NCBI GenBank assembly: GCA_964234715.1
Contig: OZ174280.1
DNA length: 64,000 nucleotides
Direction: 5' to 3' (one strand)
DNA from: Podarcis melisellensis
Lineage: Eukaryota
Each line of letters begins with the position of its first letter. Position 1 is the stretch's first letter. The position numbers were made by a program, and so were the translations under genes. Below the pieces are notes generated by a model that was not told the DNA's origin, ran no database searches, and saw nothing but the letters and a program-made list of their open reading frames with translations. Shown here in pieces: positions 24,601 to 37,700 of the stretch.

Positions 24601-27600
24601 GCTGGTGATTTTAGACTGTATTTTATGATTTCATAGAATCATACAAGTGTAGAGTTAGAAGGCACCCTGAAGATCATCTAGTTCAACCCCCTGCAATCCA
24701 GGAATCTCAACTGAAGCATCCATGACATATGACCATCCAGTTTCTGCTTAAAAACCTTCAGTGAAGGAAAGTCTACCACCTTCCAAGGGAGTCTGTTTAG
24801 CTTTGGGTTGCCTGAATGTTCATTATTTTTTAAGTAGACTGGCTTTTCTGAAGCATTCTTATCATGGTTGCATTGTGCCTTGAGAGGGTTTTTGTCCTTA
24901 AAGGTGGTCTAAAAATATTATAATTCTCCCTGTCCCCCCCCCCAAAATAAGAGCTTAAGCAAGGTCAAAAGAAACTTAAAACACATCACTAGTAAATATA
25001 CCATAACTATGCGTTTCAGGGATCAGAATACAGGCCACGGAATAGCACTGGCACTCACTCTCAGTCGGTCAGTCTTTAATGTTTTAACCATAGGTTAGAA
25101 CAGAAGCACTCGCTACCTTAGGGAATAAGTAAACTTGTGTGTAGAAGCCCAAAATGATAGACACTGGGTGCCATTAGGTGGCCACAAGGAAAGATGTGAC
25201 ATAGAGACTAGTTTGAAAATGGGTGGCAGCAGGGCAAGATAGTGGTTGCATAAGCTTTGTAGGGAGGGAGCAACAAGGGTTGTGTGTGTGCATGCAGTGC
25301 CATTGTTTTCACTAGAGATCAGTGAGGAATGAGAGGAAGTTGAATAGCAATATGATTCTGGCTGGATCAACAGGATTAAGCTCTGTTTCTCCTTTCAGTC
25401 TCTGTTGCTCTTAAGAATCTTCCTTGAGCTCTCTGAGTGTGCTGCTGCCCCCTCCCCCCATTGCATTGTCTGTGGATGCTTGCTGGCAGCCTTGATGCAC
25501 ATGCTTTTCTGTTGTCGGAGACCACTGGAGCTGGCGCACTTCCCCTCCTCCACCCACTTCAGTTTTTGCACACAGCAATGCAGAACTGGATTCATTTGAG
25601 TTGCCCCTCGGGGCATAAATGCTGCCTTCTTCCTCACCTCCTTCCTACGTTTGCAGCTTATTGAGCAGCCTGATCTCTCTACCCCAGGCTTCTAAACACC
25701 AGTGACATGACCACGTACTTTTCCCTTTGCAGGATATTATATGCCTAGTGACTGTGGGGAGATGGGCATCTGTCTACTAGCTTAGGCTGCTTTCAAACCA
25801 TAACCTGGCATTCCGTGATATGTCCCAAGTAAATTGATATGAGGGTGGTCCTAATTGTTCTGAGAGCTTAAAAAAATGATAGAGGAATTGGGTCTCCAGT
25901 GCAGAACTCAGCCTTGAAGGTGATGCTAGCATATGGATGGCCTTTGAACTGTTTAGTGCTGCATGCATGCACATTGGTGTGTTCTTCCACCTGTATCTGT
26001 GGGCTGCATGTGCGATGGCGGCAGGCATGCGAGTGCAGAATAACTGCTCTCCAGATAATATGCCTCAGTAGCCAGGTAACTGACAGCTGGCCGATTAGCC
26101 GCCAGCACAGCCTCTCTCTGGGGGCCATCCTTTGCTCTTCCCCACCATTTCCTCTGTGCTTGTTGTCATGGTTACAATCACTTATTGGCAGCAGCAGGGA
26201 GATTGACAGGCATGAAATTGCTTATATGGTGCTGGAATACTGCTGTGCACAGGGAGGCAGTAGCTGCCTGGATGCCCCCAGGAGACCACTGTATGAGCAT
26301 TGTACTTTTGATTTTAGGAAATGGATATTCAAGGGTCTTGATTCTTTCAGCCTCCCCCCTCCCCTTTACCAACAGATTCTTCAAATGGAATAAATTCTGT
26401 GAATGGCATACAGCTTTAGATTTGTATTCCATTTCAGAATATGTTTCATCCTGAATGCATGAAAATGTTGACTTTGTGAAATGTTGTGGGGTAATGGAAC
26501 TATACAGAAGGAAGGACAAGCACTGAGCACTGAGAGTAGACCAGGGAAGCCAGAACAGGGAAACCATATGCAGATTATTTTCCCCTGAAGTTTGAGCAGA
26601 ACACACTCATCCTTAAAATCTGAGTTCAGATTTTAAATTCACCTGTAGCTGGTAAATTCCAGAAGAGTAGTGATGTTGAGTTTTTGCACCAAAAACCAAA
26701 GTCCTTTACATTTATGTATTGGTTGAGGTTTAAGGGCCATATCTCAGTGGCAGAGCATCTGCCTTGCATAAGAGGGAGATAAAGAACTACAGAACTTTTA
26801 AAAGACATCTGAAGGCAGCCCTGTATTGGAAAGTTTTTAATGTTTAATGTTTTACAATATTTTATATGTGCTGGAAGCCGCCCAGTGGCTGGGGCATAAA
26901 TAATAAAATTATTGTTGTTATCAAGAAGGTCCCAGGTTCAATCCCTGATATTTCCAGCTAGAGCCAGAAATGTCTCCTTGCTCAAACCTTCAAGAGCTGC
27001 TGCCAGTCAGTGTAGACAGTACTGAGCTAGATGGGCCAGTGGTCTGACTCGGTATGAGGCAGTTTCCTATATTCCTGCGTGTGCAATTGGGCCTGTGCAT
27101 GTATGGGCACCCACCTCATATATTAAGTGGTGTGTGTGATGAGAGGGAAATGCGCAGCTGCATCTCCACCAGAGTTATATTTTTTGATCCTGGTATCTAG
27201 TGTGTGCTCATTATTTTAAGTGTTTGGATAACCCTCATAAAGCAGTTTGTATAAATCATTTAAAATAACATGCTTCAATTAAAGTACAATGACAATGAAC
27301 ATAAACAGCAGGGGAAAAACAAAAGCCAGATAAAACCATCATTTGAGACTAAAAGACACTAAAGTGTATGGCTGAATGAAAAGATCCTCATTTGGTATGG
27401 AAAGTAAGTAGAATTAGCACCAGGCAGACCTCCTGGGGAGAGCATTGCAGAGACAGGGCATCACAGTAGAAAAAGCCCCATTGTGCATCACCATCCATCT
27501 TGCTTCAGATGGGGGAGGGCACAAAAAGCCTCAGAGGATCTTAAAACCCTGGCTGGTTCATGTGGGAGGAAGTAGTTACTGAGGTATCTTCATCCCAAGC

Positions 27601-28702
27601 TGTTTAGATCTTTAAATAGCACAGTGAATTTGCTCTGGAAATCAATGCAGGAGCCAGTGCAGTTGTTTTAAGACTGGCAAGATGTGTTCCATATATCTCA
27701 TCCCAAGTAGTGCAAAATATGGCAACTAGGTTACTAACTGACTTCCAAACTCTTCAAGGTCAGCCCTATATACAATACATTGCAATAATCTGAATGGGAT
27801 TTTCCTGGAGCATGAATAATTGTGGTTAGCTTGATTGTACCAGCCTAGAGTAGTAAAAGGCATTTCGTACCGCTGAGGTTACTTGGGCATCCAGAAGTAA
27901 GGCTAGATCTCATAGCACCTCCAGACTGTGTATCCAATCTACTAAGGCAGGCAAACCACCTACCAATAGAACTTGTCATGATTGAGCTTCAGGACATTGG
28001 TCCTCATGCAGCCAATTACTGGTTCCAGGCACAAATTCAGCATTTTTAAATGCCACAGCACCAGCTGAATTAGAAGGAAAAATGATAGAGGTGGGTGTCA
28101 AGTGCGCCCTAAATTTTCAAATCTCACTCAGTAGTTTCATGTAGATCAGAGATAGAGAACACATGACCTTCCTGATGTTGGTGGACTCCCAACTCCCATC
28201 AGTCCCAGCCAGTGTGTGTAATAGCCAGGGATGATGGGAGCTGTACTTCAACATCTGGAGAACCACTGGTTCCCCATTCCCAAACAGATGCTGGTATAAC
28301 ATGGGAAGGGCAGATTAGGGTTGTGTGGAACAACATGGCATGACTGTCATGGGTCACAGCAACAGTCCAGCACCATGACCTTCTAGAACTGATGATTCAG
28401 GTTGGTATGGGATCGCCAAAGTGTGGTTCCCCTGTTCTCCCCCAGTGCAGCCAATCTAGAAGGATAGCAATGTCAATAGTATTGAAAGTCATGAGGTGTA
28501 TAGTTGAATTAGCAGGGTCTCATTCCCTTGGCATAGGTCACCCAGAAGGGAGACTAAGACAGTTTCAGTTCCAAAACCAAGCTGGAAACTAATTTGAAAT
28601 GGCCTCAGAAAATTAATGTTGCTCTGGGGAGCTCCAGCCCTTTTCAGCACCCTATTTTCTAGGTTATAGCATGTGCCCTAAACAGTTACTCTTCTAGCAT
28701 GC

Positions 28703-28750
<48 letters not shown>

Positions 28751-31700
28751 TCATCATCACCAGAATCATGCTAGAACGTGACAAAGTAGACTGAGTTGTG
28801 AAGCCTACCTCTCTCAACATTGTTATCAAGGCCTCTTTCACTTGTTCAACCTTCATGAGATATGTTCTGTCATCTGCCTTCAAATCTGTATCTGTTATCC
28901 TATGTAGAAAATAACAGAGGATTCTTAAGATGGCTAGGACATGATGTTTGTTAGCGAATTTTACACTTTACATTATCTTTTGGTATAAAAAGGGATTGTT
29001 GATGGCTACCTCACTGCATCCCATGAAGTGTTATAATCATGGTTTCATCTTGCACAGAAAGGACACAACTTAGTGTGAGCTGGTTCCTTTGGCATTCATC
29101 TGGGGAAAAGAATGCATCTAACTGGGTTATGTGTTCATCTGCGCTCAGCAGATATTACTACACTTAGGCTTTATTGGGACCAGGATATGTTATATTTTGT
29201 TGTCTTGGCCTTACTGTAAAATACTTTCTCTTCCATGGTGTATACAAACCTGCTTCCTATTTCAGGTATTTCATGTAGGCTCATGCCATGAGTTACAGTG
29301 GTACCTTAGGTTAAGAACTTAATTCGTTCTGGAGGTCCATTCTTAATCTGAAACTGTTCTTAACCTGAGGTACCACTTTAGCTAATGGGGCCTCCTGCTG
29401 CTGCTGCGCTGCCACCACACGATTTCTGTTCTCATCCTGAAGCAAAGTTCTTAACCCGAGGTACTATTTCTGGGTCTGTAACCTGAAGTGTCTGTAACCT
29501 GAAGCATCTGTAATCCGAGGTACCACTGTATTAGTCTTTAAAGTGCTACAGGACTCTTCATCATGAAAGTTCTAGGTATGTTCTCTCAGCAGTGTTTGTT
29601 AGCTTACAAGACCTGTAGATCAGGAATTTTGAAAGGTTTGTTGTGGAAGAGAAGGCCATTTAATGTAAGTTATCAATATTCTGTGCCAGGAAGAATCATT
29701 TAAGAGGTATAGCAAATCTCATATCTGAAAAATTTCACTTCCAAGAGGCAAAATGGGGATTGATGTGTTGGTTAATGTGACAGTAGTTTGCATGTGACAA
29801 GCCTATAGAGATAACAAAATACACTCTTTACAGTTGGCTTGGGTTTCCTGACTGATGTTGGCACTTTCAGAGTTGTGGAGGAGGGGTCTGTGTAAGATGC
29901 CCTTGGTGTTTGGGGCTTTTATATTTAGATAAAGGACAAGAAGAGGATGATAGAGCTTCAAAAAAATCATGAGTTATGTGGTGGAGAATTCTTTTCTTCC
30001 TCCCAAGACTCAGGGTCACTCACTATTGATTGGCAAATTGAGGATAGACAAAAAGAAAATAGTTCTTCACACAGTGCACAACTAACTTGTGGATTTCACT
30101 GGTGCAAGAGATAAGCCACTTTATGAAAGGTCAGAAGCAATAGTATTTACAGAAACTCCAGGTTCACGGATTATATAACTCTGAGTACAGTTGCTGCAGA
30201 GCAAATTGCAGGACAGGATTGTTACCTTCATCCCTTGCTTACGAGCTTCCTGAAGCATCTGGTTGGGCAGCATGGGGAATGGAAGGCTGGGCAAAACTGA
30301 TATCTGGCTTGATTCAGCAGGAGTCATTTTACATTTGTGATTGACAGTTCATTATTTTAGGAGGCTATATAGGCATAAAGCCTCCCATCCCCTCTCTCCC
30401 TTGGCAGGTATGTGAATACTCTTCTGAAGCTCATCCCACCTGTTCTGGGACTCCAGGAACAACTACGTCAAGCAGTTCAGAGCAGGGATATGGAGACATC
30501 TCATGGGATCTGCCGCATTGCTGTTGCCCTGGGGGAGAATCATTCCCGGTGAGGAGAATGGTGATGGAATCTGATAGCAATGATCTGTAGAAAATGGAGC
30601 TATTTTGGGGGGTGTTCCCTCTGCCCTACTAGCTTCCTTTGTAGCTAAGCAGCCTATAAGTCTCCCAAACCTCATTCTAAAGCAGCTCAAAGATCCAAAG
30701 GGTCATATGGACTCTAATGTATCTGTGCATGATAGCAGAGATACTATACCAAGTGTGGCCAAACTTGGCCTTCCAGCTGTTTTGGGACTACAGTTCCCAT
30801 CATCCCTGACCACTGGTCCTGTTAGCTAGGGATGGTGGGAGTTATAGTTCCAAAACAGCTGGAGGGCCAAGTTTTGCCTTGCCTGGACTATACGGAACCC
30901 TTTTCCATCTGGAAGCCATTGAAGATCCTAAACCTACTGTATCTAGTCCACTTGCTGGGCAATTTGTTCCATGAGTTGGCCGAATCCCTTTCAGTTTGCT
31001 TCCTAGCTCTTTTCCTGTAGAGCACGCATCCCCAAACTCTGTCCTCCAGCTGCTTTGGGACTACAATTCCCATCATCCCTGACCACTGGTCCTGTTAGCT
31101 AGGGATAATGGGAGTTGTAGTCCTAAAACAGCTGGAAGGCTGAGTTTGGGGATGCCTGCTGTAGAGGGTATAGCGCACTGATATACTGTACTGTATTATC
31201 CCAAATGTGGGGTGACTGCTGTTTCTATGCACCTGCAATGGCAGAGCCAATTCCTGATGCAGTGTGCCTACTATCTCCCACAGAGCTCTCTTGGACCAAG
31301 TGGACCACTGGCAGAGCTTCCTAGCACTGGTTAACATGATCATGTTCTGCACTGGGATCCCAGGACACTATCCTGTCAATGAGACCACGAGTTCGCTTAC
31401 ACTCACTTTCTGGTATACACTTCAGGTAAGTGTTAGCCACCTTCATGAAGTGGACTTCTTCAGTGCCATCTTTATAGGTTTGTTCTCTGGCTTGTACTTG
31501 GTTGGTGCCAGGCATGTTCTTGTACTAGTGGTTCTGCATGCCTCTACATGAAAAAGTTGGCAAGGCTAATAGCTAGCACATTAAAGTTGTTTATGACAAT
31601 TACACTAATTTTTCTGCATATGCAAGCACTTGTCATGTAGATTGTATAGATATTGGCTCTGGATTGAGTATAATGGAATGTTCTAGAATTGTCCACTAGA

Positions 31701-34700
31701 AGCTCTGAGGCCAAACTTGATGTATGCTCTGTGCTTAATAGAGTGGAAATTCTTGCATTCTTGCATACATATATTGAAGGCCAGAGTGAGTGACAAGGAT
31801 GTATAGTAATTCTGCTTACTGCATAAACATGGTGTATAAACATGGTTGTGTTCCAGTAGTATGTTCTGTGGCAACAGAGAAGATGCTCAGATATACCCGT
31901 GAGCCTTAAATTCCCTTTAGGTGCTGCAGGTATTTATTTGCAGCTCAGACTCCACCATCTTCGAGAAGTGTGTAAACTAAACACCTCATTACATGAATCA
32001 AATTATTCGCTATGAGGTAGATTTATCATCTTCCTCTCTTTCTGCTAGAGAACAACTTGACTGTGAGTACCCTGTTTTGACAGGAAGAGAGCTCCATTTA
32101 GTTTGCTGTCTAGTGGTGGCAAGGTGTTTCTTTACTAGAGTAACCCATAGTGCATCAGTGGCCTTATTAGAAGAGCCTTACAGATAATAGCTCTTTTCAG
32201 CTATGAAAGAAGACCAAGTTTGTTCTCTGTCTTGACAGGCAAAGTGCTGCTATTCCCAGTTGCAAGCACAATTAATGCAGATGCAGATTTGTCTGTTGTG
32301 GTGTATGCTTGCTGCTATGCTGAGACACAGTCCTTGAAGCAGTGCAGCCTGGTCTGACTTGCCCTCCCCACCCCCACACTTCCTTGGAGCCCAGAAGCTT
32401 CATTAGCATGGCAAATTAGCCTGACATACTCCTGCACTGCCCAAGAGCAAGGCTAGCTGTTGAGCTGCTGCTTCTCTGGGTGCCAGCTTGAAATGAGATG
32501 AGGTCATGCATTGTCTCAGTGTGTGACTGGCGCAGTACTTGAGTCCACAGGCACATCATCCCTAATGAAGGGAACAAAACTGAAGCAGCATCTTTTATAG
32601 GCTGCCCAAGAACAGAGAGACAGCAGAAGACTTTTTCTGCATGGTCTAACCCACACCAGTACACACCTTTGCAGTTTCCAGTGGGTTCCCAAAACCTTTG
32701 GTAATTTTGTGCCAGGCAACCCAGGATCATCCTTTTCTATTTCCTTCATAAGCTCTGCCTAGTGTGAGAATCTTGAATCAGAGGTTTAGTGAAGCTCCAG
32801 GATTGTATTCAGTGACCCAGAATCCCTTCTTACTTTTCTTTTCTATACATCTGTTTTTGCATCAGCCTAGTTTATAAGGTAACCTTGTCCATGCCAGCCT
32901 TGAGCAGCATAGGAATACCCAGCTTTCTTCTTGGAGCAGACATTGCTATACTGTAGGGGGTGGATTTATTCCTTACCTGGCTAAAACTGTCTCTAAAGGA
33001 AAAAACAAGGTGTTGGTCACTAAAAGTAGAAGAAAGCAGACGTGGTCAGCTGCTTTACCAGCCTGTGATGGCTTCTGTGCTTGTCTAGTTGGTGTCAATG
33101 TGTTGAGAAGGAATGATACTACAGAGAGAGTGACCTGACAAAGTATTATGTAGAACTGCTCCTAGAAGCTAGGAAGGATCTTAGATGCATTAAGGAGAAT
33201 ATTTGAGTGGAGTAACTTGACTTTAAAATGTCATTTCTGGGTTTCCCATATAGAGATTCAACAGCAATGAGAGGTGATCCCCCCCCCCAATCACATCAAA
33301 ATGCTTGGGGGACTGATTGTGTTAACATCAACATGATTGCTGGAGTTCAGGGCTGATTTTTCCAATCTCCACTTGTTGAATGATCTTTTTCTTTACAGGA
33401 TGACATCCTCTCTTTTGATCCAGAAAAGCAGGCCATGTATCAGCAAGTGTATCGGCCTGTCTATTTCCAGCTGGTGGATGTGCTCCTGCACAAGGCACAG
33501 TTTCCCTCTGATGAAGAGTACAGCTGCTGGTCCTCTGATGAAAAGGAGCAATTTCGGATATACCGGTATGACCTTTTGCCTAATCATATCCCTTAGCATT
33601 CAGTTGGTGTGCAGTGCTTATAATCTGCAGAAGAGGAAGTTGATCATGCTTCATTAATGGGAGTAAACATTGAACTTGCCCTGATTTGGCTATGGGCTAT
33701 AACTGTTTCAGCAATTTCTATCTAGCTGCTATTTGGTAATGTGGGAGTGTTTTGTAACTTTTTTTCTATTGCTCATTTCCTCAGAGTGGACATCTCTGAC
33801 ACCTTGATGTATGTGTATGAAATGCTTGGAGCAGAGCTGCTGAGCAGCTTATATGACAAACTAGGTCGCCTCTTGACCAACACAGAGCACCCATCCTCAT
33901 GGCAGGTGAGTGGAGAACTCCACCCTCAAATGGAACACCAAGCTAGAGGAATGCAGCAAGCACAGAGGTTGAATATGCTGCAGATTTTTAAGAAAGGATG
34001 GTACTAGTCCTGGTTAGACCTGGGGAGAGAGCATTGTGGAAGAGAGGTGCTAAGGTAAAGTGAAGGTGCAGAGTGTCTTGGTTAGAAGAACCATCTGTTA
34101 AATCTCAGAGCAGCATGTGTGCAAGGGCAATCCAAAGTCACAAAGCTCCAAAAAGTTGTTAGAAGTGTTGAATGGGTCTGAAATGTGTAAACCTCTTCCT
34201 TGTAGTACTGAGTTGGTGGTTTATAAAATTGGGACTGAAGGATTACTTCGATGTCCCAACTTCCAGCTTGCTGATTTCTCTCCTAGTGTAAGACACTGCT
34301 GGTGGTTTTTGCAATCATTCTGCCACACCTCCCATCACTGTGTGGCAGCAACCAAATTATGCAAGATACCTGACAGCAGGATTGCGGACTCAACAAATGC
34401 ATGCTCAATTACATCTATTTTTCCTTATCATAGGGTTTGTGTTACCACATGTTTTTATCACTAGTCTACAAGTTAGGTTTCTGTACTGGGAAAACTGAGG
34501 AGTGTAGTTGTCCCACTACCTCCAGTGTTACAAAGAAAATATGCCTTTACAGTTTGCTGAAAGATTCTTTGATATGTCTCCTGTGCCATGATGGGTGGTA
34601 ATGCCAGGCTAGAGGTCTCTGTGTGGCAGCTAATCAGAATGTATCTGTTCACCTTGGCATGTTGACAGTGTGTTACTGGCACAGCAAACAGTGATGGGCG

Positions 34701-37700
34701 TCAAGGACCAGTGACCGCAGGGGCTCCTCGTTCATCAATGTGACAGCCAAGCAAAAACCCTGCCTAGCCATGATTTACAGTCCACGCACCTGGAAGACTT
34801 AAGACAGTAGCAAACATACCAGCACTCCAGCATACTAAGTATGCAGCCTCAGCAGTCCATATCTTGCTAGAATAGCCCTTGGTGAGAGGGAGCATGGATG
34901 CAGGTGTATCCTGCCTCCTCTTGCGGGTGCAGGAAGGGGAGAGACTACACAATGAGCTCATCCACACTTGCACTTGCCCCGCCCCTTTCTCCCCAGGAAA
35001 CCCACTTTTTACTGCTGAATCAGAGCAAACGCCAATCAATTTTTCTGCAGACTGGTGTTTGTTCTCATGGAAAGTGGTGAGACAAATAGGACAAGTGGAA
35101 AACCTCTTGGACCCATGCTTTCAAGGTATGGGACAAGTGGAAGTGTGGGTGAGCCCTGTGTGTTATATAGCCAGTGGTTTCAGGATGCCTAGTTGGGGTT
35201 GCACTGAAGGATAGCAGGTGCTTTATGTTGCTGGGGAAAGGGGTTCCTTGACCTGAAGAATTTGACTCACTAGATATGATGCCCCTGCAAAAAGCTTACT
35301 GGTGAAATAATTATTATTGTGCTACTAAGTGTAAAGGATCAACAACTCATCATAACTTTTTATGGAAGTTAGCCCTACATATTTTTTGTAAAAATGAAAT
35401 CTAGGTTGGGGACTTTTTCAACATACCGTGTCTCTGCCTTCATTGCCTTCAAGTTTGATTAAATAAATTTTAAATATTTATATATCTGTTCATTTGGGTA
35501 GTGGTGTTTGAACCACCCTTTGTAAAATTCAGCACCAACATGCAGTCCATGTTGCAAATCGGATGAAGGGAGGTATATACATTTAATAAATAAAAAAAAT
35601 TAAAATATCTATGTGGGGCATTTTTCGGCCTGGGCTCAAGAATGAAATCTTTTTTTCTCTGGCAGCACACAGAAGCTTTGCTTTATGGGTTCCAGTCCAT
35701 TGCAGAAACAATAGATGTAAACTACTCGGATGTAGTGCCTGGCCTCATTGGGCTCATTCCTCACATCAGCATCAGCAATGTGCAGCTTGCAGATACGGTT
35801 ATGTTCACTATTGGTAAGAAGACTGGGTATGGGGAGGGAATGGGTGCTAAAAGGGAAGGTTAACCCAAAGAACCTCAGGCTGTTGAGGTCTTACAACACT
35901 ATGGAACCAGCAGTCCATAGGCTGGATGTGGCCTGTAGGGCCTCTTCTTCCACAGTACCCTCTCCTTGCCCAAGCCTGTGCTACAATTAGGCTGCAAAAA
36001 GCCTTGTATTGTCTCTGCTATGTGTATATGTGTGCCAGCTTTGAGTGTGGCCAAAACAGAATGGGGCAATTTATTTTTTTACTCCCCCTCCCCAGCATGT
36101 AGCTCCCTGAAGGTTGGCAGTGAGGAAATGTGGCCCTTGGAATGAAAAGATTCCTAATGCCTGAAATTGGTGTGCATTACAGTAGTCCATATGGGGCTTC
36201 CTTGAGATGGTTTGGAAGCTATATCTGGTGGAGAATGTTACAGCCAGTTTTTTGAATGGAGCACCTTGATGTGCACATAGTGCACCTGTGCTGAGGGAAC
36301 TGCACTAGCTGTTTTTATGATCCTGTTTATTGCTGTATTTTTGTACGTTGCTTAGACCTTTAATGAAGTGGTTTAGTAATGCTTTTAAATAACTAAATAC
36401 TGATGGGTGCTGCTTTGCTTTTTGTGGACTGTACTGATAGCATTTGGCACATTAAACAGAGCAGCTCCTGACTCTGCATTTTCTATCTTTCTAGGAGCAC
36501 TTTCAGAGTGGCTGGCTGACCACCCTGTCATGATCAACAATGTCTTACCCCTGGTGCTACAGGCTCTGGGCAATCCTGAGTTGTCCATCTCTAGTGTCTC
36601 AACCCTTAAGAAAATCTGCCGTGAATGCAAGTATGACTTGCCTCCCTATGCTGCCAACATAGTTGCTGTCTCTCAGGTAACTGAAATACAGTAATGGTCT
36701 AAGGATACATGGTTTTATGAGACAATGAAAGTTTAAGTGACTGACTAGTTTTGAGCTGTATGTAAAGGAGAGATCATTCAACAGGGCTTAAAGCAGTAGG
36801 AACATTCTGAGGAGGATATCTGCGTGTGTATGTGAGATTTAGTGGGGTAAATATTTATTGCACATTGTCAGAATGGGAATTCTGACTGCATGTATCAGTT
36901 AAAATAACTTGAATCTTATCAGTTTGAAGGTATGCGTGCATCTGTTTTGGCAGCTGGCAGGGTGGGTTGACTTTGAGTTACTTCTGCAGTAGAAATTTGG
37001 TCAAGATTCAGCTCAGCCTTCTGCTTAACTAAATGCTGTCTTTGGTTTCTCCTTCACATTTCCTGCTAGAAGAGGAAAAATTATGCTTGCAGGGTGTGTG
37101 GAGGAAACAGAACTGTTGATCCTTGTTGCTGACATTATGGAGCTTGGGAGACAAGCTATATGAAACCGCTGCCTATAATGAATCACTGATGACTACTTAT
37201 CCATTATGAAGCATCCTTGAGAAGGGTTGGCTTTCACTGTAGGAGGGAGAGGGTGCTTATTGATTATTTATTCAGATATTTATAAGCTGCATTTTAAGAT
37301 CAAGCCCTCACTGGTATGTAAAAAGATTGATGCAAGATAACAATAGGTACATCAGACAGGTGTACAACTACTATGAAAAAGCTGCTCTGAATCATACAAG
37401 TCTTTAACACTCTTCAGGAAAAGCAGTAGAGAGCTGTTCAAGGCCCTCTTAAAAGCATGTATGGAAAGGGCCAAGCTTAAGAATAATCAGAAGGGAGTTA
37501 GCCTTCTCTTGCTTATCCACGTTTCCTTGAAATTTCATAGCGCCCATGCTCCAGATCAGTGTTTGTCTCCCAGAGTTGTCAGTTGATATTGTGGTTGGAG
37601 CATTGTTAAATGTTTCTGCTGTGGGGCGAGTACTCACTTTCTCACATCTTTCCTTCTATAGGATGTGCTAATGAAGCAGATTCACAAGGTAAGATATTTA

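Noticed and set aside
25777-26606. 164-aa and 142-aa ORFs in IPO13 intron 2
   Set aside because: Cys/Leu-rich random-looking composition, non-ATG starts, no recognisable homology
28686-28883. Poly-Leu membrane-peptide-like ORF
   Set aside because: Artefact of the (AAT)n microsatellite
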